Position numbers and translations under genes: made by a program
In this document: positions 29,225 to 38,339 of the stretch, piece by piece
How the letters are laid out: each line of letters opens with the position of its first letter
Position numbering within the stretch: position 1 is the first letter of the stretch
Notes under the pieces: generated by a model
Told to the model about the DNA's origin: nothing
Database searches by the model: none
Seen by the model: only the letters and a program-made list of their open reading frames with translations
Source of the DNA: Minisyncoccota bacterium
GTDB lineage: Bacteria > Patescibacteriota > Minisyncoccia > Phycocordibacterales > UBA5272
NCBI GenBank assembly: GCA_041651055.1
Contig: JBAZJW010000001.1
Coordinates: 472,506 to 536,505 of the forward strand
Direction: 5' to 3'
DNA: 64,000 nt

Positions 29225-30448
29225 TTAATTTTTTTGTATTGCAAGCAGTCGTGCGTACTTCACCTCGCGCTCTTTCGGTCCACGAGCACCAGACTTCATG
29301 CCGAAACAATAGAATGCAGATGTAATATCTGCAATCATTGTATCTGACGTCTCCCCACTTCTGTGACTCACGATACACTTGATTCCTTTTTCTTCCGCAT
29401 ACCTTATCGTATCAATTGTTTCTGACAGTGTACCTATTTGATTCGGCTTCACAAGGAGACCTGAAATACTTCCCATTTCAACAGCTTGTGTTACACGCAG
29501 AATATTCGTTACCGTAAGGTCATCGCCGACAATTATCACATCCGGAATATCCTTTTTTAGTTGTGAGAACGATTCAAAATCTTCTTCATAAAAAGGATCC
29601 TCTATTGAAATAAGGGGGAAGGCCTCCACAAGAGAAACATAGGTATCATGAAGCTCTTCTTGTGTATGTTGTTCACCTCCGATGGTATACATTTTTGTTG
29701 CTTCGTCATAGAAAGATGTGGCTGCAACATCGAGCGCAAACATCACTTCATTTTCAACACCGCATTGCTTCACCGCTTGAGAGAGGAGTTCGAGCGGTTC
29801 ACGAATATTATCCGTTGGAACAGCGTACCCTCCCTCGTCCCCGCGCGCGACTTCACCATATTTTTCTTTCACGATTTCACCCAGTGTATCTTGTACCTTC
29901 TGTGCGATTTCGAGTGATCTTGAAATGCTGTGAACCGTTGGCACGAGATGATATTCCTGAAACGAAAGCGCGGTAGACGCATGCTTGCCGCCATTGATAA
30001 GATTAAAATAAAGAAGCGGACACTTTTCTTCTGACGAAACTTCTGCAAGGCTTTGCAAATATTCGTAAAATTCTTTACCGAGAGATTGCGCTGCCGCTTT
30101 ACCACATGCAACGCTCACACCGAGAATACTATTCCCTCCTAACTTTTCTTTATTCGGTGTACCGTCCATTTCTATAAGAAGCGCATCGATACCCCGCTGA
30201 TCAGTAACATCAAAACCTTCAAGTGCGGGGGCAATAACAGTATTAATAATTTCTTGTGCCTTCGTGACGCCACCATGAGATGTGCCGTCATCACGAAGCT
30301 CAAAAGCCTCATACTTTCCTGTGCTTGCGCCTGAGGGCACAGCACATACCCCTACACCTCCTCCGCTTGTCGTTACCGTAACCGAAAGCGTTGGTACGTT
30401 TCGTGAGTCTTCTATAATGTCCGCAACGATTGAAGTAATGGTATTCAT
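29225..30448 (-). CDS. eno: Enolase
   Basis: VPSGASTG, NGGKH, GDEGG, SIEDP, VGDDL, KPNQIG and SHRSGET. Confidence 0.97.
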   Translation of the reverse strand: MNTITSIVADIIEDSRNVPTLSVTVTTSGGGVGVCAVPSGASTGKYEAFELRDDGTSHGGVTKAQEIINTVIAPALEGFDVTDQRGIDALLIEMDGTPNKEKLGGNSILGVSVACGKAAAQSLGKEFYEYLQSLAEVSSEEKCPLLYFNLINGGKHASTALSFQEYHLVPTVHSISRSLEIAQKVQDTLGEIVKEKYGEVARGDEGGYAVPTDNIREPLELLSQAVKQCGVENEVMFALDVAATSFYDEATKMYTIGGEQHTQEELHDTYVSLVEAFPLISIEDPFYEEDFESFSQLKKDIPDVIIVGDDLTVTNILRVTQAVEMGSISGLLVKPNQIGTLSETIDTIRYAEEKGIKCIVSHRSGETSDTMIADITSAFYCFGMKSGARGPKEREVKYARLLAIQKN

Positions 30449-30451
30449 ATA

Positions 30452-31720
30452 TTAATTTCGTATCATGAGATATAAATCAGATACATTACTTCCTGTATCT
30501 CCTGTAATAATTGCATCTCCTGTTTCCATAAAAAGTTCACTGTCTTTATTTTCTTCGTGATAGGCTTTACTGTCTATGTTTTTTTCTTGTAATTTCTTTT
30601 TTGTATCTGCATCTGCAATGGCACCAGCAGCGACAGATTTGTTATCAATACCATCAGAAGCAAAAGCAATGAACATATCATTCTCACCGATAATATCCAG
30701 TGCCTGATTCGCAATATATAAATTCCTTCCTCCTACTCCCCCACTTTTTGAAAGAGCAATAGAAAGCTCTCCTCCTGCGATAACCATTGTCTTTGGTTTC
30801 AGTAGACTCTCTGCATTTTTGAGAAATACGTCAGGACTATCGTATACTTCATCTCCAAGAATAATAACCTCGTACCCCCTTCTCTTTCCCTCTGCTTCCA
30901 TTTTCCAAAGGGCTTCTTTGTTCGAGATAAAAGGAATATTCCTAACCTTCGTAAACACCTGCTCGTCTTTTGGCGTCTCATTAAAGATAAAATGTTCGTT
31001 AACATTATGTTTTACTAAAAGATTTTCAGCGTCCGAGATTGTGGTTGTATCCAAATACGTCGGACCAGATGCTACGTCTTTAAAATGATCTCCTGGGACA
31101 TCAGAAAAAATAAGACTTACCACCGTTGCAGGATGTAACATCTTCGCCAACCCTCCACCCTTAATAGATGACACATGCTTACGCAGTGTGTTGAGATCTT
31201 TAATATTCCCTCCAGCTTTAAGCAACTCTGAATACAGGAGCGCCCCCTGTTCACACTCAGAGAGAGGTAAACAAAGAAGGGCCGATCCTCCGCCGGACAC
31301 AATAACAATCGCCAAATCTTTTTCGGTAAGAGATTCTGCAAGATCTGCAATTTTTTGTGACACCTCGACATTGTGTGGACTTGGAAGCGGGTGTGTTCCC
31401 TCGAACACTTCTACGACATCACATTTCGTTGCATGTTTATCAATAACAATTCCTTCCGTCAAAAAATCCCCCAATATGCGTTCAAGTTCTTTCGCAGCCT
31501 TGCATGAAGCTTTTCCAAAACCAATGATCACGACTCGTTCATACTGGCTGAGCTCATATGGATGCCCTTGTATAGAAAGAGTCCCATCCTCTAGTGTTAT
31601 TTTAGAAGTCATTGCAGACACCGTATCGATTGCCCTGTACCCCTCTTCGATGATTGACAAAGCGTCTATGCGTAGCTGGTTTGTAGCAAGACTGTCGAAA
31701 TTAGAAATGATGCGAGACAT
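30452..31720 (-). CDS. Glycerate 2-kinase (DUF4147/MOFRL family)
   Basis: GFGKAS, HPLP, SGGGSAL, RKHVS.IKGG, SDVPG, ASGPT, GGRN, SDGID and TGSNVSD. Confidence 0.93.
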   Translation of the reverse strand: MSRIISNFDSLATNQLRIDALSIIEEGYRAIDTVSAMTSKITLEDGTLSIQGHPYELSQYERVVIIGFGKASCKAAKELERILGDFLTEGIVIDKHATKCDVVEVFEGTHPLPSPHNVEVSQKIADLAESLTEKDLAIVIVSGGGSALLCLPLSECEQGALLYSELLKAGGNIKDLNTLRKHVSSIKGGGLAKMLHPATVVSLIFSDVPGDHFKDVASGPTYLDTTTISDAENLLVKHNVNEHFIFNETPKDEQVFTKVRNIPFISNKEALWKMEAEGKRRGYEVIILGDEVYDSPDVFLKNAESLLKPKTMVIAGGELSIALSKSGGVGGRNLYIANQALDIIGENDMFIAFASDGIDNKSVAAGAIADADTKKKLQEKNIDSKAYHEENKDSELFMETGDAIITGDTGSNVSDLYLMIRN

Positions 31721-31787
31721 ATGAAAAGTATATCACACGAAAAACGCTTATATTGTAAGCAAAGAACTCTTTGTTCTCAGGGAGAAT

Positions 31788-32690
31788 TTACCCTCTTTTC
31801 AAATACACTTTTACAAAACTACTCTTTAACTCTGCCGCCTGAGATGACAAAACTTCTACATTATTATCTCTCGCCGAAGAAACCACCTGTTCTAATTTTT
31901 GACGAATTGTTTGTATTTCTGTGTCATTAGCAAGATCTTCAACCGCTTTTAATTTATCATTTACTTCAGGGTACACAGAAATAATTTGTGTTGCATTTTT
32001 TTCATCTGCTGCTGTAATTATTTTTTCCATAGCATCATGAAAATCTACAAGATAAACCGCAAGCATTGAAAAATTATTTCTTTTCAAAATATCCTGAAAT
32101 AGTGGACGCACCAACTCAAACTCTTTATGTGTTCTAGGAAGGTCACCACTTGCAACATTTTCTTTAAGAGAAGCGATAATATCTTGTATGTGCTTAATGT
32201 CTGCATTAAACTTTACATCCCCAGAAATAACATAAGGGTGATATTTAGAATATTTCTGATAAAAAATATCATACTCAGTTACAAGATTTGCATAATTATT
32301 CAAAGACTCTGCCCTGTTATTCTGTCCCGTGTAAAAAAGAGTTTGTTTGTAGTATTGATTCATCTTTGAATAATCCTCAAGGAAAAACTTTTTAGTAAAA
32401 AAGTTACTATAATAACTTCCAAGCGCAGCGATCAAAATAAACACCAGAAAGGCAAAAAACTTTCCTACTTTTGATTCAGACTTTTCTTCCGCAGGACATG
32501 TTTTTATTCCGAGCAATGTATACAATCCGCAAAATCTAAACGAAGCCGTGACTAGCATGGCCGCCGCAAGAACATACAAAACTATTTGCACAGCACCGTA
32601 TGTCCAGAAAAACGCCAGCAGGAAAAAGATTTCGGCAAAGATAAATCTAATAACTCTATCGAGGGTGCCTATATTTTTTGTGATGTTCAT
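31788..32690 (-). CDS. DUF2892 (YgaP-like TM) domain fused to a helical soluble domain
   Basis: NIGTLDRVIR...FCGLYTLLGIKTC. Confidence 0.8.
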   Translation of the reverse strand: MNITKNIGTLDRVIRFIFAEIFFLLAFFWTYGAVQIVLYVLAAAMLVTASFRFCGLYTLLGIKTCPAEEKSESKVGKFFAFLVFILIAALGSYYSNFFTKKFFLEDYSKMNQYYKQTLFYTGQNNRAESLNNYANLVTEYDIFYQKYSKYHPYVISGDVKFNADIKHIQDIIASLKENVASGDLPRTHKEFELVRPLFQDILKRNNFSMLAVYLVDFHDAMEKIITAADEKNATQIISVYPEVNDKLKAVEDLANDTEIQTIRQKLEQVVSSARDNNVEVLSSQAAELKSSFVKVYLKRG

Positions 32691-32695
32691 ATATT

Positions 32696-33091
32696 TTATT
32701 TTTGTATAAGTTCTGGTGCTAACTGAAGCCCTCCACGTAATTCATAAATACTTTTTATACCATTGGCTTTCATGACTGCCACAGCCTGACCAGACCTATT
32801 CCCTGAACGACAATATATGAAGTATGTTTTTGCTGCATCTAAATTTTTAATCTCCGAAACAAAAGAAGCGTTTTCAAAATCGATATTTATTGCATCATTA
32901 ATATGTCCAGAAGCAAATTCATTTGGAGTACGAACATCGACAAGTACGGCATTCGCAGTTTTGTTATATTTGTCCAAAAAATCTATACCAGACAGTTTAA
33001 TTCCTCCTCCTTGAGAAAACAACACAAATAAAGCAACAATAGCCACACCAATACTTCCCCAAATTACAAGATTGTTATTTTTCTTTTTCAT
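32696..33091 (-). CDS. Membrane-anchored rhodanese
   Basis: DVRTPNEFASGHI..AINI, YCRSGNRS and LRGG. Confidence 0.93.
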   Translation of the reverse strand: MKKKNNNLVIWGSIGVAIVALFVLFSQGGGIKLSGIDFLDKYNKTANAVLVDVRTPNEFASGHINDAINIDFENASFVSEIKNLDAAKTYFIYCRSGNRSGQAVAVMKANGIKSIYELRGGLQLAPELIQK

Positions 33092-33099
33092 GTAGACAA

Positions 33100-33339
33100 T
33101 TAGCCATTAATAAGTTTCTCAAAAACATCTGGCTGGAAACCTACAATAATCTGACCATTGATATCTATAACAGGTACGCCCATCTGACCACTCTTTGTTA
33201 TCATTTCTTGAGCAGCGACTCTATCAACTCCGACATTTTTATCTTCATAAGCAACTCCCATTTTTCCAAAATAATCTTTTGCCATGACACAATAGTGACA
33301 TGTTGGTGTTGAGTAAATAATAATCTTTTTTGTATTCAT
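33100..33339 (-). CDS. Glutaredoxin-like protein (NrdH/YruB type)
   Basis: CHYC and SGQMGVPVI..G..IVGF. Confidence 0.93.
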   Translation of the reverse strand: MNTKKIIIYSTPTCHYCVMAKDYFGKMGVAYEDKNVGVDRVAAQEMITKSGQMGVPVIDINGQIIVGFQPDVFEKLING

Positions 33340-33350
33340 ATTTTTGTAAT

Positions 33351-33617
33351 TTACTTTGATAAATCTAGTAACAGCCTAGAAACCTGTAATACTTTTTTAT
33401 TCTTAATAACGTATATCTGTTTTTTACCATCACGATTGCACACAGCAACCCCTCCTTCTTTTAAAATAGACAAATGCTGAGAAAGAGCCGATTGAGAAAG
33501 TTTACAGTGGGCACGTAATTCCGTAACACTTTTAGGTGTCGATAAGCAAGCTATCAACTTCACTCTATTTTCGTTTGAAAACACTTTATAGATATCTGTT
33601 GTATTTTTCGTATCCAT
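33351..33617 (-). CDS. ArsR/SmtB family transcriptional repressor
   Basis: NENRVKLI and SVTEL...LSQSALSQHLSILK. Confidence 0.92.
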   Translation of the reverse strand: MDTKNTTDIYKVFSNENRVKLIACLSTPKSVTELRAHCKLSQSALSQHLSILKEGGVAVCNRDGKKQIYVIKNKKVLQVSRLLLDLSK

Positions 33618-33621
33618 ATTG

Positions 33622-33645
33622 TCATATTAGCATATGCTAATATGA
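33622..33645. promoter_or_regulatory. Probable ArsR operator
   Basis: Perfect 24-bp palindrome tcatattagcatatgctaatatga, 4 nt upstream of the arsR ATG. Confidence 0.75.
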
Positions 33646-33704
33646 AAAAGCAACACCATAACGCTACGTCACTTTTTATATTTAGTGTACTATCGTAGAC
33701 GGGA

Positions 33705-34100
33705 TTAGAACTGAGGTCCGAATTTTAAATTTGGAAATTTAACAAGGGTATCCACGTAATCTTTACAGGAATTTACGTGACTAGAGCCCCTCGTGTCCGA
33801 AGAATATGGTTTAACTAGATCACAAACACTTTTATCCTTCATAAATCCTGCTTGCTTCTGATAGCATAATGCTTTTATATCTTCTCTGGTAATATCAAAT
33901 CCATTAAGAAATAATACTGGAGTTTTTATCTTACTACATATAGTTAGGTCTTTCTCAGTCGCTGCCATGTAAGCAATCCTTTCTGCATCCATTGCCCCGT
34001 CCGCTAGGTAAGGATAGGAATTTCTATATACCCCAAAGACTACTACAGCAATTAGCAAAAGCAATGCAATAATCCCAAATACTTTAAAGAGTGTTTTCAT
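33705..34100 (-). CDS. Hypothetical membrane-anchored Cys-containing protein
   Basis: N-terminal TM and spaced cysteines. Confidence 0.65.
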   Translation of the reverse strand: MKTLFKVFGIIALLLLIAVVVFGVYRNSYPYLADGAMDAERIAYMAATEKDLTICSKIKTPVLFLNGFDITREDIKALCYQKQAGFMKDKSVCDLVKPYSSDTRGSSHVNSCKDYVDTLVKFPNLKFGPQF

Positions 34101-34144
34101 ATTATGAAGTATACACTTTTTTGGTGTTACAGAGGAGGTTAGAA

Positions 34145-34894
34145 CTATGGTTCATGAACAGGAAAAATGAACTTCTTAGGGTCCATATTTGGAACAACCA
34201 CTCCTTCGAGAAAAACTTTATTTTTATCCGCAGCATAACCATCTTCATACTCAGAATTAAAAGTACTAAGATCTGCACCTATTACTTCTGCACTCTTGTA
34301 GTAAATATGACTTTTGTCTCGACTATAATTTCCGCCAACTCGCCAACCATTACTTAGCACACCCAAAGGCTTAAAACTAGCTGAATCAACTTTTGGAAGA
34401 ATAACCTCACCCTTGTAATAAGAATTACTTACATCTTGTGCATAAACCTGTTCTGTTCCTAACACATCAGGCCAAACCACTACAAAACTCGTACCATCAG
34501 CACTTTGTATTACTTTCCCGTCATAATAAACTTTATTTTTATCTTTTGAGTAGTGTGCAATATTCTCACCAGAATATCTCCTTGTTGGAAAAGGATTTTG
34601 GTCGATTATTTGGAAAGATTTTTGTTCAGCATCTTCTATCTTCAGACCGTCAAAATAAACATTCCCATTACCGGAGGTGTACTTATGTTTTTCATCAGAC
34701 CAAATTACCAAACCGTCTAACTGAAGTGAGCTAGATGTTGAAACATTTGTTTCAACTATTTTTGAATTTTGCTGAGTGGTAGTTGCGGTGGCTGGCACAG
34801 AAACCTGTTGAGATTGTGTAGACATGGCGGTATGTCCAAATAACCCTGAAAATAAAGCGATGATACCTGCAAACAAAGTAGCTAATGTGTTCAT
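34145..34894 (-). CDS. Secreted DKNYY-repeat protein
   Basis: Signal peptide; repeats YSKDKNKVYY, YSRDKSHIYY and YAADKNKVF. Confidence 0.85.
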   Translation of the reverse strand: MNTLATLFAGIIALFSGLFGHTAMSTQSQQVSVPATATTTQQNSKIVETNVSTSSSLQLDGLVIWSDEKHKYTSGNGNVYFDGLKIEDAEQKSFQIIDQNPFPTRRYSGENIAHYSKDKNKVYYDGKVIQSADGTSFVVVWPDVLGTEQVYAQDVSNSYYKGEVILPKVDSASFKPLGVLSNGWRVGGNYSRDKSHIYYKSAEVIGADLSTFNSEYEDGYAADKNKVFLEGVVVPNMDPKKFIFPVHEP

Positions 34895-34982
34895 GTGAGA
34901 AGTATAACATCCTCATTTCCAGCAGGCGCTGTAATTGGGAGCAAAACCAAAAGATATCACTACAATTTTCAAACAAAAAGAC

Positions 34983-35369
34983 TGACTATCGGGGATGTTT
35001 TCCACAAGTTTCGTCTCGTCGCCACTCAACGAACTCACCTTGTCCTCACGGCATGATTTACTAATCAACCGCCGCTCGTGGTTTCACGCACAGGGGTCGC
35101 CTCTCCCGACTTGCTTGAGTACAAGCTTTGCTGGACTGCGATTTCAACAGGCCGAGTACGGTCTAAGAAATCGGGAGCGTACTGCTGTACTCGAGACCTA
35201 CGTCTTCTCGTCGAAGACTGCGGGCAACGATAAATCTTTTGCACTGCAGTTTCAACGGATTGATTACAATCCAAGAAACTGGTAGCCCGCGGTTCGACCC
35301 CCGATAGCCACTACAATTTTCTATAACAAAAATCGCAAGCATGTCGCTTGCGATTTTTGTTTGAAATTG
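34983..35369. repeat. tRNA-His-linked palindromic element
   Basis: Begins with tgactatcgggg (tRNA 3'-end fragment); contains an inverted tRNA 3' copy ggttcgacccccgatagccac and a long hairpin abutting the tRNA; shares tcgtcgccactca and ccgccgctcgtggttt with the 59437-59629 element. Confidence 0.78.
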
Positions 35370-35441
35370 TGTGACTATCGGGGGTCGAACCCGAACTGAG
35401 GGCTCCACAAGCCCGCGTGCTACCATTACACTATAGTCACC
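35370..35441 (-). tRNA. tRNA-His(GTG)
   Basis: Cloverleaf GTGACTA...TAGTCAC, anticodon loop TT-GTG-GA, TTCGA T-loop, G at -1. Confidence 0.93.
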
Positions 35442-35605
35442 ATCTGCTCAATTCGTTTCCGAATTAGGTTTTTACTCTAACACATTTCCGCACTTTTTTG
35501 AAGGGTGCGATTTTTTGTGGAAGTGCTAAGATTAGGCCCACGTAGCTCTTTAATTCCATTTTGTTTTATTGAGCCCCTTTAACCCGTACAAAGAAGGAGA
35601 CATTC

Positions 35606-36133
35606 ATGATACGGAAAATAGTGGCGTTAACCGCAGTTCTTGCGGCGATGATCTGCCCTACTACTTCCAATGCGGGAGAAAAGGATTTCCCTTGGTGCAA
35701 GAGTATTGCGTACACCTTCTGGACACATTCGAAGCATCCAGGAGGAGATAGAAATGGTCGTCTCAACCAAGATAACGGGGGCATAGGCTTCAAATGTTTT
35801 CTCGAAAAAGAAAACTCCATGTTCCTCAGCATGGACGCTCTCGAGAATAGTCAATTCGGAAGCACAATTACCGCGGGCATCGGAAAGCAAATTGACCTGC
35901 TTAAGATATCGCGAGTAAGTATCTATGTTGGAGGGGAGTTAAGTCTGGTCAACTACGATGTTCCGAGAAAACATGAAGCAATTTTCGGAGTGATGCCAAG
36001 TCTCTATCGTGGCATTGGGTATTCCCTTCCGTATGGGTTTGGTATCGTTTCCTTCGAGGAAAAGCTTCTCCTTGGAGACATTCGACTTCGGTCGTGGGGA
36101 TGGCAATACAAGAAAAGTGTGAATATTTTCTGA
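35606..36133 (+). CDS. Secreted hypothetical protein with PagP-like beta-strand pattern
   Basis: Signal peptide, SKH..NQDNGGIG...NSQ, amphipathic strands; AGGA SD upstream and terminator hairpin at about 36149-36180. Confidence 0.65.
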   Translation: MIRKIVALTAVLAAMICPTTSNAGEKDFPWCKSIAYTFWTHSKHPGGDRNGRLNQDNGGIGFKCFLEKENSMFLSMDALENSQFGSTITAGIGKQIDLLKISRVSIYVGGELSLVNYDVPRKHEAIFGVMPSLYRGIGYSLPYGFGIVSFEEKLLLGDIRLRSWGWQYKKSVNIF

Positions 36134-36191
36134 CGATGTTCATACTGCAAAGGCCACGTCTTGGACGTGGCCTTTTTATTTTTGATACAAG

Positions 36192-36478
36192 AGAACTTGG
36201 TCACAAAGTCTATTTTTGATCCGCCGGCTGGCGGACAAAAATATAAGACTTCGCGAAGTCGACTGGTAAATTAGTCGACACCTGTAGACGGCCCTATTTA
36301 AGTCCTACGGAAGTGACGTAGGCCATTCTAGGACTTGGTCACAAAGTCTATTTTTGAGTACAAAAATATAAGACTTCGCGACCCCTATTCAAGTCCTCAC
36401 GTATCGCACGCAGGTGCGATACTTCCTGGGCACAAAATACAAAAAGCAAAGTCATATGACTTTGCTTTTTGTATTTTG
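36192..36478. repeat. tRNA-Leu-linked palindromic element (duplicated module with nested inserts)
   Basis: Two copies of actt-ggtcacaaagtctatttttga...caaaaatataagacttcgcga...ccctatt-aagtcct, then a split tRNA copy and the cacaaaatacaaaaagc...gctttttgtattttgtg hairpin. Confidence 0.88.
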
Positions 36479-36562
36479 TGCCCAGGAGAGGACTTGAACC
36501 TCCATGCCGTTGCCAGCGCTACCACCTCAAGGTAGTGCGTCTACCAGTTTCGCCACCTGGGC
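36479..36562 (-). tRNA. tRNA-Leu(GAG)
   Basis: GCCCAGG...CCTGGGC-A, anticodon arm CTACC-TTGAGGT-GGTAG, long variable arm. Confidence 0.95.
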
Positions 36563-36615
36563 ATATATCTATCTTTCTTCTCTTGAGGTATTGAAATACT
36601 AACACAAAAGAAGCC

Positions 36616-36649
36616 AAAACAAAACCCGCATTTCTGCGGGTTTTGTTTT
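36616..36649 (-). terminator. Intrinsic terminator of rplS
   Basis: aaaacaaaacccgca-tttc-tgcgggttttgtttt. Confidence 0.8.
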
Positions 36650-37076
36650 ATGCCGTTGCCTCTTCCGGTGTATCTTCTACGACAGCTTCTGTTGTTGTAG
36701 TTGACCCCTTCTTGATAACACGAGTGTCTTTCTTTAACTTACGACGGACATCACGTAGAGCCTTGTCACGAACGTAGTACAACTTACTACGACGAGTTCG
36801 TGCACGACGGACGATTTCAATTTTATCAATCATCACAGAGAAAAGTGGGAATACACGTTCTACTCCTACACCTGATGCTACGCGGCGAACCGTAAACGTA
36901 GAACCAATTTCTTGACCATGCTTTCGAGCGAGAACCATTCCTTCAAAGGCTTGAAGACGTGTCTTGCCGTTATCTTCCTTAATTTTGTTCCATACACGGA
37001 CGACGTCTCCAGAAGAGAAATCGAGCGCCTTGCGGGCATCCATGTCGACAGGTGTTAGTTGTATCGTTGTTTTCAT
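36648..37076 (-). CDS. rplS: 50S ribosomal protein L19
   Basis: GDVVRV, RLQAFEG, TFTVRR..SGVGVERVFP and RRSKLYYVR. Confidence 0.98.
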   Translation of the reverse strand: MKTTIQLTPVDMDARKALDFSSGDVVRVWNKIKEDNGKTRLQAFEGMVLARKHGQEIGSTFTVRRVASGVGVERVFPLFSVMIDKIEIVRRARTRRSKLYYVRDKALRDVRRKLKKDTRVIKKGSTTTTEAVVEDTPEEATA

Positions 37077-37147
37077 AGAAATGACTTAGTAGAGAAATAC
37101 TATCACAAAAAATGACTCTTCGCAAGAGGCAAAAGGCTTTACCCTTC

Positions 37148-37882
37148 CTACAAATCTACTTGGAAATTAAGGGCTCGTAGCGTTTCCTTCATATCCTTAG
37201 GAACAGGTGAGACAATAGTCATCTCATTTTTCCCTTCTTTTTCTGCAGGAACTTCAATCGTAAGTGAATACGCGTGAAGCATAGAACGAGGAGCCTCGTC
37301 CTTGCCCTTTAATGACCCATAGAGGTCGTCTCCAATGATGGGGTGACGAATACCTCTAAAGTGCGCACGAATCTGATGTGTACGGCCTGTGAGGGGGTAA
37401 CATTCCACATACGTATAATTCTTACCCTCTTTTGAGGTGGCTCGAGCCAAAACCTTATACCTTGTAATTGCTTCCCGTTCTTCTCCGCGTGCATCTCCTG
37501 AAAAGGCGTCCACGACAGTACGTTTACGGAAATCACTTCGAGCACGAGCAATCGGAAGCGATATCATTCCTGTCTCATGACGAATATGTCCTTCGACAAT
37601 TGCTCGATATACCTTGCGTGCCGTATGGTCACGAAACTGTTTCTTGAATGTGGTGTATGCCACATTGTCTTTTGCGAGCATGATCACGCCCGTCGTATTG
37701 CGATCCAGTCGATGAACAATTCCTTCTCGCCCTTCATCCCCTATGCCTTTGACACCGTAGGTTTCTTTCATCCAATCGGCGATAGTGTACTCTTCTTGTC
37801 GGTCATCTGGGTGCGCAATAATACCCACCGGTTTATCGATGGCGACAGCATGCACATTCTCAAAGAGAATAGGAAGTTTCAT
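37148..37882 (-). CDS. RluA/RluD family pseudouridine synthase
   Basis: DKPVG, VHRLDRNTTG, TGRTHQIRAH, HPIIGD.LYG and MLHA. Confidence 0.95.
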   Translation of the reverse strand: MKLPILFENVHAVAIDKPVGIIAHPDDRQEEYTIADWMKETYGVKGIGDEGREGIVHRLDRNTTGVIMLAKDNVAYTTFKKQFRDHTARKVYRAIVEGHIRHETGMISLPIARARSDFRKRTVVDAFSGDARGEEREAITRYKVLARATSKEGKNYTYVECYPLTGRTHQIRAHFRGIRHPIIGDDLYGSLKGKDEAPRSMLHAYSLTIEVPAEKEGKNEMTIVSPVPKDMKETLRALNFQVDL

Positions 37883-37981
37883 ATAAAGTACACTCTACCA
37901 TATTTAAAGGCGAAAAGGCATGTTGCAGAGATGTTAGCACTTGAATATACTGTAAGATATGGTATAGTTGATGGGGATTAC

Positions 37982-38054
37982 GGGCGATTAGCTCAGTTGG
38001 TAGAGCAGCGCATTTACACTGCGAAGGTCAGAGGTTCGACCCCTCTATTGCCCA
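37982..38054 (+). tRNA. tRNA-Val(TAC)
   Basis: GGGCGAT...ATTGCCC-A, anticodon loop TT-TAC-AC, GGTTCGAC. Confidence 0.95.
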
Positions 38055-38207
38055 CAAAATACAAAAAGCACCATCTTTCGATGGTGCTTTTTGTATTTTG
38101 TGGGCAATAAGCAAATGACCTTCGTCACTTGCGTGAGGGGTCGAATACGGGTCGGAAAATCTTTTGTTTTGAGTGAAGCGAAAAACTGATTTTGTGACCG
38201 ACCCCCC
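38055..38207. repeat. tRNA-Val-linked palindromic element
   Basis: caaaatacaaaaagc hairpin, then tgggcaata|hairpin|gaggggtcgaa (inverted tRNA 3' end), then gggtcggaaaatc...gattttgtgacc-gacccc. Confidence 0.88.
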
Positions 38208-38267
38208 TATTACTAAAAACCCTATCGTCTCTTTCAAAAATTTCTGCTAGTATACATACGTATCCAT

Positions 38268-38339
38268 GCCCCTGTAGTTAAATGGATATAACTGCGGACT
38301 TCTAAGCCGTTATTGCTGGTTCGATTCCAGCCGGGGGCA
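38268..38339 (+). tRNA. tRNA-Arg(TCT)
   Basis: GCCCCTG...CGGGGGC-A, anticodon loop CT-TCT-AA, GGTTCGATTCC. Confidence 0.9.

Noticed and set aside
35281-35312. Additional tRNA genes at tRNA-like fragments (also 40714, 59437 and 38100-38146)
   Set aside because: Only T-arm and acceptor pieces are present, with no D or anticodon arms; they belong to the linked elements.
34995-35426. Short ORFs over tRNA-linked elements (also 10740, 36335, 38028, 40659 and 59412-59726)
   Set aside because: They overlap tRNAs or palindromic repeats and show no protein motifs.
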